Below, piece by piece: positions 13,821-24,928 of a DNA stretch of 64,000 bases. Both the position numbers and the translations under genes were made by a program. Where the stretch lies: the NCBI GenBank assembly GCA_051294375.1, contig CM119267.1:429523-493522 (forward strand), in the 5' to 3' direction. This stretch comes from Paraspadella gotoi. Taxonomy: Eukaryota > Animalia > Chaetognatha. Position 1 is the first letter of the stretch. Each line of letters begins with the position of its first letter. Under the pieces are notes generated by a model that ran no database searches, was not told the DNA's origin, and worked only from the letters and a program-made list of their open reading frames with translations.

Positions 13821-13880
13821 TGTAACAAGATGTGAAAAGATGTGAAAAGGGAATTGCGTCCACAACCTAAACAATAAACT

Positions 13881-13992
<112 letters not shown>

Positions 13993-14064
13993 AATACTAT
14001 AAAAGGCAAACTTATCAAGGTTTTCAGTGTTTGGACTTTGGATTCAAACCACTCAACCTGTTGG

Positions 14065-14938
14065 CGGCCTTATTTTTCCAAAGCGCCCCTTTTTTTCTTA
14101 AATTCAGAATTACAATTTTTGAAATAAAGTTAACTTTTAAGATTATGTTTAAGGATTAGGTTAAGGATTAAGTTAAAGATTAATTTAAGTTAAGGATTAA
14201 GTTAAGGATTAAGTTAAGGATTAGGTTAAGGATTAAAATAAATATTAGGTTAAGGATTAGATTATGGATTAGGTGAAGGATTAGGTTAAGGATTAGGTTA
14301 AGGATTAGGTTTAAGGATTAGTTTAAGGATTAGGTTAAAGAATTAGGTTAAGGATTAGGTTAAGGATTAGGTTAAAAATTAGGTTATAGATTAGGTTAAA
14401 AACTAGGTTAAGGATTAGGTTAAGGATTAGGTTAAAAATTAGGTTAAGGATTAGGTTAAGGATTAGGTTAAGGATTAAGTAAGTTTTTAAGGTTAGGGAT
14501 TCAGCCAGTACGGATTGGTTACAGATTTTGGTTAGGGACTAAATATTTTAAGGTTAGAAGTTAAGGTTAGAAATTAAAGGTTAGAGGTTAAGGTTAAAAA
14601 TTAAAGGTTAGAGGTTAAGGTTAGAAATTAAAGGTTAAAGGTTAAGGTTAAAAATTAAAGGTTAGAGGTTAAGGTTAGAAATTAAAGGTTAGAGGTTAAT
14701 GTTAGAAATTATTGGTTAGAGGTTAAGGTTTGAAATTAAAGGTTAGAGGTTAAGGTTAGAAATTAATGGTTAGAGGTTAAGGTTGGAAATTAAAGGTTTA
14801 GGCTTAAGTTTCAGTCAAAGATTTAGAATAAGGGTTAGGTATTGGTTAATAAGATTAAATATATTTTTAAATTAATTTATAAAATCATAATTGAATTATG
14901 GAATAAATAGAAAGGGGGCACTCTCGGAAAAGAGCCCT
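14065..14938. mobile_element. Inverted-repeat-bounded element filled with telomere-like repeats (12-bp TTAAGGATTAGG and about 27-bp GGTTAGAGGTTAAGGTTAGAAATTAAA arrays)
   Basis: TTTTCCAAAGCGCCCCTTT near 14073 and AAAGGGGGCACTCTCGGAAAA near 14911 are imperfect inverted repeats around the arrays. A short related left end sits at about 18601-18700. Confidence 0.55.
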
Positions 14939-15775
14939 GTTTGCAATCACTTCATTTCGACCTCGGTTCTCTTATCGTTCACCGGCGAAAATCGAAAAAT
15001 GAACAACGAAAAAAATACAGTAATACTGCGCATTGTGCACAAGGAATTGAGATAAAACCAACCAAAACCACAAAATACAGTAATGCTGCGATTCGAAATA
15101 CAGTCGTACTTACCAACCACCCCTAATACCTCACCTCAGAAAGCATAAATACAGTTAAATACTGTAAGAGAAATAATGCTGAGAAAAAAAATACGCAAAT
15201 ACCGCAGATTATAGCGAACCTGTAAAACAACAAATACCGTTACACCGCGCGCGAAGACACAGAATGAACGCCACGACTCACGAACGGACGGTACCGTGTG
15301 ATCCTTACGAAGATCAATTTTACTTCTGGTTTCACGGAATTTTCACGACGATCGTTTATATCATCGGATTCACAGGGAATCTCGTTTACGTCCCGGTTCT
15401 CGCCTCTCACCTCAAAATTCAAATTCAGAGGTGAAATCCGGAATTTTTTTTAAAATTCATTACGAATTCAGTGCTTGCCTGGTGTTGAATTGAAAAGTTA
15501 ATTCTATGCAGTATTGATTAATTTAACCTCGAGGTAGAAAATTAAACGTGTTTTGTTGTTGTTATTTTCGCTGTCATTTTAGTTATTGTTAATAACAATG
15601 TTATCATTTATTATAGTTTCCAAGTACCTTCGGATCGATATTATATAAAAAGCATCTAGAAATAAATTACAAACTTAATTCTCAGCGCGTTTCGGTCTAC
15701 CCTGGCGGAGAATTATCTTCTCCTCTTTGCTCTTTTATATATATTATATAATTATATATAAATATATAAAATAAG

Positions 15776-18700
15776 GAAATAACCCCCGTTGGTCTTTTTG
15801 TTTAATTCTCAGCGCGTTTCGGTCTACCCTGGCGGAGAATTATCTTCTCCTCTTTGCTCTTTTGTTGACTTCCGTCGTTCAATTATTGATCGTAGTTTGG
15901 GAATGGAATCTCCGGAAACTCCTCTACTATTTTCAGTTAAGCGCCACCAGAGTTTGACGGTTTAATCTCTATAGCTTCCGTTGAGCGCCCGCAGAAATTT
16001 GAGTTATCCCTCCGGCGAGGATCGTAACTTGAGATTAAGACACGCGACATTGAGCGAGGATGGAATGAATGGAATGGGATGGCATGAATGGAATGACTGA
16101 GGAATGGGATTGAATGGAATTAATGGACGTGAATAGATTGGCATGGATTGAATGAATGGCATGAATGGATGTGAATAGATTGGCATGGATTGAATGAATG
16201 GCATGAATGGATGTGAATAGATTGGCATGGATTGAATGAATGGCATGAATGGATGTGAATAGATTGGCATGGATTGAATGAATGGCATGAATGGAGGTGA
16301 ATAGATTGGCATGGAATGAATGAATGGCATTAATGGGATGGAATTTATGGATTGGAATGAAATGAATGAATCGAATAAATTCTTTGGAATGGAATGTATG
16401 TGATAAAATGAACTGAATCGAATAAATAAAATTAATGAATGAATTAAATGGAACGAATAGATAAATGAATAAATTAAAAATGATTAAACCAAAAAAAATT
16501 AATTTGTGATTCATGAAGAAAAGGAAAATATAAAAGTAAACAAATGAATATGTAAATAAATAAATATGTAAATAAACAAATGACCTCTCGCATTTTTTTT
16601 CCAAGGATCGAGTACATGAGACGCGGTCCTGTCCTCGATTTTGTACGCGAATCAGTGGAGACCATCAACGCTTACGTCATGGTGACGATCTCCGTGTGGC
16701 GATACAGGGCGTGTCGTGTCGACGGCAACTTGACCAAGATCGGTAACATTTAGGATGCCGGGTAGAGATATGATCGGATATGCCACTTGGATTAGATGAG
16801 ATTAAGTTTTCCATTAGGCTAAGAGTGAAATCTTTGAATAAAGAAAACAATATGAACGCATATGTATACAATATTAAATCGTGAACCCGAGACAAGCCTC
16901 TTGTAACTGACAGACACCAAACTTTATTTGTTTTTATTATTTATTTTCTGTTTGTTTGATTTTTAAAATACGAATTAGCCACTTTTAAAAACAAAACAAA
17001 AATTTCATATTTTTTTTTTCATTTGTAGAGGGACAATTCTTAGATTCAAAATGTAAATTAAAATACAAATAAAGGTTAGAAATTAAATTAAATTCCATTT
17101 TCTCAGGATTCCGTCGTACTCTCTCTCTCCTCCTCCTCATCCTCCTCCTCTCTCTCTCCTTCAATCTCCCTCGTCTCTTCGAAGAGAACTACTTCGTCGT
17201 CTTCGATCCTTGCGTCGGTCGCAACGTTACCGACAACCGACCCGCCCCCTGGGTTGTCGGTAACGTCGGCTACGTCGTCGGCTACAAAACGGTGGCCACT
17301 TACGTCCTGTGGTTCGTGATTCCGTTCGCTTCGCTGCTCGGACTCAACTGGGCGACCGTGTCGGCGATGAGGAAGAAGAGGTCAGATGTGATAAATGTGA
17401 TAAATAATGACATAGCTGGCATAGTCTATGCTACGCTGTATATTATTTTAATTCCCTCATACTTCTTAAGCTATTCGCATGTATTTATAGTACACTTTTC
17501 CAAAAAAACAAAAAAACAAAAACAAAACCGTTACATGAATGTCAAAAAAAAAAGAAATTATTTCCGTTTGTTTATTTCACATGTTATTCGTTTCTGCCAA
17601 AAAGAAAGAAAGAAAAAGCAGAAAAAAAGGCTTCTCTTTTCATTTATTTTTCTCTTCTTCCTTATCAACTAAATTTTTAGCCTGGATCTGCTTACAGCAG
17701 ATTCCGGCAATACGATTCACTTTGTCGGTCTGTCGGTCCCACCCCAAAATTTTATCGGTAAGTGCGTCCGATCATCTGTCCGTCCGTACGTCTGTCCGTT
17801 CCCCTTAGCCAGTTACTCATGAGTGGATCGGGCGATTTACTTGAAATTTTGTTTGGGTGAGATTGAAGCTGGAAATCAAGTTTCGATGGAATCGTCCAAG
17901 TAGAAATGAGTTTAAATTTAAAAATAATAATTTTATGTGCTTTTTTTCATTTATAAATGTAAATGTAAGCTGCATTAATTAATTGATTAATTAATTAATT
18001 AGAAATAATTGTAAAAATTTGAGTATGCTTTTTTCGTTTTCAATTAATTAATTAATTATTAATTAATTAACTAATTAATTAATTAAATAATTACGTTCAT
18101 GCGGCCAGATCCAGCATGGTTTGCTAAAATTTGTTTTTTACGTTTTTATTATTTATTTCTCTCGTCAAGAAAAGGGAAAATATGAAAATTTTTGTGGACC
18201 TAGATTTGAAAGAAGAAATTGAGACATTTAGCTAGTTATCGATGAAGCGCTGCATCCCGAGATCAAAATTAATAATAACTTTCGCTCTACCCATCGATAA
18301 AAAACGAATTCTTCGTCTTTGTCGCCCGGCTCGAGGCAATAATCAATAAGTATGTTTAAAAAAAACAAAACGAAACAAAACTTATTATCAATATTTCCCC
18401 TTTCAGATTCAACTTGGGCGCAATGGTGGCGGCGTCGAAGCGGACGGCGGCGTTGGAGGCTCAGTTGTTCCGAGTCGGCGCCGTCGTCGTCCTGACCTTT
18501 TTTGTCACCAAATTTCCATATTTCGTCGTCGCTTGCATTAAGCATCTCTCATCAAACTCGTTGTCGGGGTCACGATTGTTTCTTGATATCAGGTCGGTAT
18601 TTGGGCCTTATTATCCGAAAGCTCCCAATTTCTTCCTAAACTCGTAATTAAATTAGTTTTTAAGATTTAAATATTAAATTAAAGGTTAGGGTTAAGGAAT

Positions 18701-19250
18701 AAGTGTGGCGAATTGGCTTATAGGCATCAAAGATGGCGTTGAAGAGTTGCGTCAATTTGCCACGCCAAGAATATAATGACGCACGATCCGATTAAGAGAG
18801 ACGAAATTTTATTTATTTCTTATTTTAACTTTTTTTTAGAACTGGTAGGCTATTTCTCAGAGAATTAATATAGTCTATATTTTTTATTTAATTTTTTTTT
18901 TCATGTGAAAGATTAAATATTTAAAAGATCCCAACTGAAAACGGGAAAAAAAAATTTAAAAAAAAAGGAAAAAACTTTTTTTGAGATTTAAAATTCATTT
19001 ATTCATCTCGTCCCCGTTTCTCGTTTCCAGATCAGTGACTATTTTCTTCGCAAATCTCAACTTCTGCTCGTCTTTTCTCATCTTTCTCCTCTTTTCTCCC
19101 TCGATGAGAAAATTCTTCGTTGACTTTTACTGTGGAAGAAATCGGGACCTGAACCAGCATAAGATCCACGTTTCCCTGGATGGAAACGAAACCGCGTCTG
19201 TTAGAATTGTCCCCATCACGTCGCAATCCCGGGTTCCGGCATGGAAATGA
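15776..19250 (+). CDS. Divergent rhodopsin-class (FMRFamide-receptor-like) peptide GPCR; exons approx. 16605-16742, 17107-17380, 18407-18592, 19031-19250; 5' exons uncertain
   Basis: Splice phases join consistently. TM3 INAYVMVTISVWRY, TM4 SFNLPRLFE, TM5 LWFVIPFASLLGLN, TM6 VVLTFFVTKFPYF, TM7 NLNFCSSFLIFLLFSPSMR. Hydrophobic candidate TM2 at 15776-15950; TM1 not located. Confidence 0.75.
16110..16335. repeat. 42-bp tandem repeat, about 5 copies, in a GAATG-rich tract
   Basis: Unit GTGAATAGATTGGCATGGATTGAATGAATGGCATGAATGGAT. Confidence 0.9.
17673..18140. mobile_element. Second HINE/DINE-1-like family, in a GPCR intron
   Basis: TTTTTAG start, hairpin GGATCTGCT...AGCAGATTCC, (GTCY)n tract, and a distal CCAGATCCAG complementary to the 5' CTGGATCTG. 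Confidence 0.5.
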
Positions 19251-21782
19251 AGATTAATGCCAAAATCCAGGCATGGAACTTAATTCTGAGACAGTAATAT
19301 ATTATACCGATTAGGGAGATGTAAACAATGCCCGTCCGGGCATGGCACCGAATTTAGAAACGGCCTCGTATATGAAGCGGAAACAACATTACATTAAAAC
19401 GGGAGGCCATCAATTGGCGTTTCTTGCAGGCATACAGCAAGCGCATTGCAATGGCTGCCCCACGTATCTTTAAAAGGAAATCTGATTTGGACTTAAAAGT
19501 CGAAACAGAAATTTGAATCAAAAACTTGAATATTTTGATATCAATTTCTCATGAATTTCTGCTTCACGTTTTTCGTCTAAAGCATTAAACTCGCTTAATT
19601 TGCAAAAGGAGGCGAGCTAACAATTTGTTGCGCTTATAACGCGTCAGCGGCTTAATGAAATTTAAGTAGCGAATTGAACCGAAAATAAAATTCTAAAAAT
19701 ATCCAATGCAAAACTGTACATATCCCTAATATTCATCAAATAAAGTTTAAATTATTCATGATGATGGCATCGTTTTTGTAGAATTTCTCTTATTCTAGGT
19801 CTTCTTCAGAAAATTGTCTCCATCAAATTGTATTTGATAATAAACTCTCGAGTAGACAAAACATGATCGAGACAAGCAGGACGTTCCCCAAAGCTTCTTG
19901 ACTTAGAAGTTTAATATTAAATTAGATTAAAAACTAAGCGTTGATAAAATATTCTGCGATCTACAACGAATAATTCAAATCTCCGTAACGACAGGAGGAT
20001 TTACCGAAAAAAAAAAACAATAGCGGAGGCGTGCAGTCTATTCAATGTTCAGTGAAGCTGCGAATTGCTTCGATAGGTGTAAAAATCCAGCGTTAGGCAG
20101 TCACGCTAACTAAAAATAGATGGTTAGCTAAGAGATACAATTTGTATAACATGTATCAAGAAACAACATGCGAAGAGACTCGAAGAAACTTGAACTCACC
20201 ACAAGAGAAGGAGACAGACCGACCGATAAATCCGCGAGAATTTGAAAAATTCGAAGGGCGTGACGAAGACGAGTGGACGAGCGAATTCGGGCGAACGACG
20301 GATTTTGAATCCTGACATCTTGAGGCTGAGGAAGTTGTTACGGAAATATCCTGACGATGAGCGGTTGATGATTTTTCGTATTTTTATACATCCGATACTT
20401 TTATGGGGTATTTTTTTTAAAAATATTTTGGAAGTACATATATGGCCAACTTTTTGCGATTGACTAAAGGTTTTTTGAGCCTTTTTTTTTCTTTTTTTTT
20501 CGTTTTGGCACTAAGCGTTCTTTTTATTTTTGAGTTAAGTTGAGGAGAAAATCGTCAGACTTTAAAAACAGACACTGGTGAAAAAAAAAGAACGTAAGGC
20601 CTACAAAATAAACAAGGGAAAAAAATTCACTTTACGTTAAGCTCGATTCAGCCGTTGTTTTCTCGTATTATCTGTTTTTCTTTTGTTTTTTTTTCCTAGC
20701 GCACAAGAAAAAATTTAAAAGAGTAAAGAGAGCGAAAAACAGCGATGGCGCCGCCTGAGTTGTAAGAGAGAAAGAAAAAAAAAAAGAACAACTCAACTTT
20801 GATTAGTTTTACGCCTCTCGTCTTTTCAGCCTCGAAAACGTTTCCGGTTCCGTTCGCCTCTTCCTCCTCCTCTTCCTCCTCATCCACGCAACACGGACAA
20901 GTCGAGGCTCGAGTTCGACGCGGAAATTCTCCCTCCTCGCTCCCCCTTTGTCCGACAGGGGGGGGGAAGAGTGCGAAACGGGGAAGGGAAAAAACAATGG
21001 CGAAAAAGATAATGGGAGAAGGGAACCACGCTTTATTCTGAGATATCCTTTAGTCCGCGAGAGGGAGACGAAAAGCTGCTTCTCATTTCAACGAGAGAGA
21101 GAGAGAGAGCGAGAGAGAGAGAGAGAGAGGGTCTCGCCACCACGGGGATGATCCCAGTTGGTCACTTGGTTGTAAGAGAAGCTGACTGTCATTTTGTGTC
21201 TGTCAATAACTATTGTCAAATAAATGTATTGAAACTATTTATGTGCCTCTACAGGTTAATACCGCCATTTTGTTTTTGGCTTGGTAGTCAGAGATATAAA
21301 GAGAAAGAGAAAAATAAAGGAAAAGTTTTTCCTATTCTCTGTTTGATCGGTTGGTGAAGCGTGAAGTGAAAGGGAAAAAATTTAAAATAAAAAAAGGTAA
21401 TTAATTAAATTCCCGATTCAAGAAAAATCGGGTAAAAAATTTTTTTTTTCTTTTTCTTTTCTTTTCAATAGTAATATTTCTTTGAACGAAAATGTTCCTT
21501 TGATCATTGATATTTTCATTCATAAAACTGAAAAAAAAATCGATTTTAGTATCAAAGTTATAATTAAGTTGTAATTATTGACGATCGCAAATCATTTGTG
21601 AAGACAAAAATGAAGCAATCAGCCAACAAACGATGACAAAAAAAAACCTTTTTTTTGGTGTGTGTGTGTGTGTGCTTTCCTACTTTTTCATATCTTGGTT
21701 CAAATAATTTTTGTATAAAAAAAGACTATTAAAAGATGAAAGACAATATTATAAAAAAAAACCCTTGTGAAGCCCAACTCCG

Positions 21783-23489
21783 TCACACGGGCGGCGGCGA
21801 CTGATTCCACCTACCCAACCCCGCGCATCCGAGACGATAAAAGTAATTCATAGACAGTAAGGCCAGACCGCAGAGGAAAACGCCCACCAAGACCCCGTGC
21901 AGGAAGATGGTCACGGAGGCTAATTGTCGCGGCTCCAGACTCGGGCGCGCCTTCGAACAGGCCGCCCGCGGTCCCGCCTTATCTCGACAGAGTTTCCCAG
22001 CCGCCCGTTCGCCCGCCGGGCGAGTCACTCGACAATCCTCGCTGGAGAGCTTTTCCTGGCAATCTTTGAAGTGGACGCCGAGACATTCCTTCAGCTGCGC
22101 TTCGTCCGAACGGATTTCCGGGGGAGAGAGAGGTTTAAAGAGAGGTGGCGATTCCGGGTCTGGATTATCTTCCTGTTTAGTTGAGGGGGAAAATAAGAAC
22201 GAAAACATGACGAAAGAAACGCTGTGGTGATGCTTATAACTAAAGTAATTACAACTTTTCCCGCCAAATCTCTCCCCAATTTTCCGCCAAATCTCTCCCC
22301 TATTCCCCGCCAAATGTCTCTCGAATTTCCCGCCCACCGTAAGTCTCTTCGACGAGTCTTTCTCGAGGATGGCGAAGTCTGATCTCGAAGGCTTCATTTG
22401 GATGTCGGTACTGTCCCATTCCAGTGAGTCTTCAGTCGCTATAGAAATCTGGTGGTGAGAAAAGGATGAGAGAATTCGATGATGGAAGGTCGAGGAAATT
22501 CTGCGATGCGAAGAGCATCTCAAAAACCGGCTTGGGGTCCAAGAAACTCCCTATTACTTTAGTCCCTCTGTCCTATTATAACTTTTTAAGTTTAAGTCGA
22601 AATTCGGGCTAAATCATGGAATCAAACTCGCAAGCTTAGTAGTACTAAGTCATTGAGAGTAGGAAGAGTTTAATAAGATAAGACAACCAATCAAAGGTGA
22701 ACAGAATGGGAATGAGTTATAATTATTACATTGTATTTGAACGAAAGACAAGAAGGAAAAAAAGATCAGCCGGGTTTCCTGTGATGACCATTGGCTTTAG
22801 GGGCTACCTCAGTAAAGCCTCCTGTCACTGGCGCGGTTACCCTAGGAAGGTATCGCTTTGCCAACGCAGAATGAAGTCGTTAGGATTGTGGATGGAACCA
22901 ACGGGATTGGCTGAACGCCACAAGAGATTATTTTGCTTGGAAATAGAAAAGACGAAGGAAGAAAATAAGTACAAATATCCAGTAATGAAGTATGCATGGC
23001 AGACAAGAAAATATTATTTGGCGAAGCATACTTCACGAAGTAGCGAGAGGTTCCCAGGCATGACCATCGCACAATCGTGAGAAAGAGACAAGTTTCCTCA
23101 ACCTTCACCACCGCCTCTCCCCCCCCCGCCCCCTGACCTCCTCCCTCGATTCCGTCAACCGCTTGACCTTCACTCCTCGATCCGTCAACCGCTCTATCCT
23201 CGCGACGCAGGTCTCTGACGGATCTATCGTTTCGCTCTCGGCGGCGCCACTTGTCCGCGACGCTGTCGAGAGAGGTGCTGGAGCCGACGGCGGCGGTGGA
23301 CAGACTGGAAGCACCAAGGGTCTCCGAGCTGGAGGATCGAGGCGCCGTGAGATCGGTGACGGTGTTGACGCCGGCGACGACGCACTGGAGGGCGTGACAT
23401 CCAGAGTCGTGATCCGAGTCGAGGTCAGAGGCGAAGTCCCCGTCGGGTCGACGACGAATCTTTCCGCGAGTTTCCGACGATCGTATCAT
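21783..23489 (-). CDS. Small KASH-domain (nesprin-like) outer nuclear membrane protein, 295 aa; exons 23489-23103, 22448-22338, 22172-21783
   Basis: Three phase-0 GT-AG-joined exons. DSLEWD motif, a single C-terminal TM (IFLHGVLVGVFLCGLALLSM) and a short tail ending GRWNQSPPPV-stop. Confidence 0.75.
22770..22915 (+). mobile_element. Dispersed GC-rich repeat, inverted copy of 27635-27832
   Basis: Shares GTCACTGGCGCGGTTACCCTAGGA...CGCTTTGCCAACGCAGA...GAAGTCGTTAGGAYTGTGGATGGAAC with the reverse complement of the SNX27-intron copy. Confidence 0.75.
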
Positions 23490-24928
23490 TTCGCAGTGGA
23501 AACTTTTTTTTCTCTAACTATGGCTTTAAAAGATCGTGTTTGCCTCCATCGTCGTAATTCTGGTGTCTCTATAATATTGTTTTTCTCTGGTAACTTTGAT
23601 CAACCAGAAGGAACCACGTGGTTTCACGGGTTCCTTAAACTAACTTTAATACAGTTTAACAATGTATTTAACTAGCTTAATATTGTAAATTTTTTTCCAA
23701 AAAAAATAAATAATCACATCGAAAATAATGCGTATAATTTAATAAGTCAGATTATGTCACCTTTACAGCGGTCGCATCTTAATAAATTAAGACGAGCAAA
23801 GTTCGATAATAACGAGCGGGCAACAATCCGCTTTGTATTTAGTATCAGACATCGTGGCTTAATAATTTCAAATGACAAAAATTCATACCTCAGGGGATTG
23901 GGTAGTAGCTGGGAAGACGATTACCAATAGCATTTCTTTCATGTACATTGTACAAGTTGCAAAAATTACTAAATTTTGTGGCGTTTTTGAGCAACCGTAC
24001 GAAACTCATTAATGTAGCTGAAAAAAATTTACTGTCAAACCAAACTTAATAAATTGGAAAAAAAATTATGGAATTCAGGTTTTTGTTTTTTTTTCATTGA
24101 AAAGAGATCTATCCGATTCGACTAGTATTGATAAGACTAGTTTAATATTTCAAAATCTTGCAATGTAACGTGACAATTGACCGAGTGCCCATGAGCCTCT
24201 TTGAATTTTATGGTTGCAAAGTTTTTCTCTTCAATTTCGTTCTCCTTTCACACATTTAGGAAGATTTTATCAGTTTTAATTCAATAAAACTTTTTATTTA
24301 AATAAACCTACAAAGCATAATCAGCAAAAGAAACTGGCCGTTAAACGATATTAAATTACATTAAATATCACGCTGTAAGAATCCTCGAGCAATGCTATGA
24401 AAGAAGGGGGAGAATAAAATTAACCATGAATGAAAAAAGCTAAATTATTTCGGCAGATACAGTATGAGGAGGAATATTTCATATCTTTTTACTGGGCGAG
24501 CGCCTAATTTCTTTAAAATTGTTTATTTATCAATTAATTATGGAAAATTCATAAAAAAAACCATTGCCACATTGTAGAATATCTCGAATTATTATCTTAA
24601 GTTTTTTCTTACCACTATTATTATTTAAATCAAAAACCCATTTATTATGCGAATTTATTTTGACTTTACGACTTAACGGCCAACGTTATGAATTTTAACG
24701 TTAAAAATAAACATGAATATTGGAAAAAATTTTTTTTTAAAATTTTATACTTAATAATCCAATCTCATACGTTAATTAGCAGGAAATTAGAAATGGAAAA
24801 AAGGAAATAAAGTTACAAAAGTCTTTTTCTTCGTCAAGATTCGACCTGAACTCACATTGTTCAAACAAAACGGTTTAACAATTTATCGATTTATTTTTTA
24901 AATCCTGCAACGACTCCATTATTTTTTT

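Noticed and set aside
15675-15863. Exact 62-bp direct repeat (15675-15736 and 15802-15863)
   Set aside because: Real, but most simply a local duplication or assembly stutter of a GPCR exon piece; no further structure.
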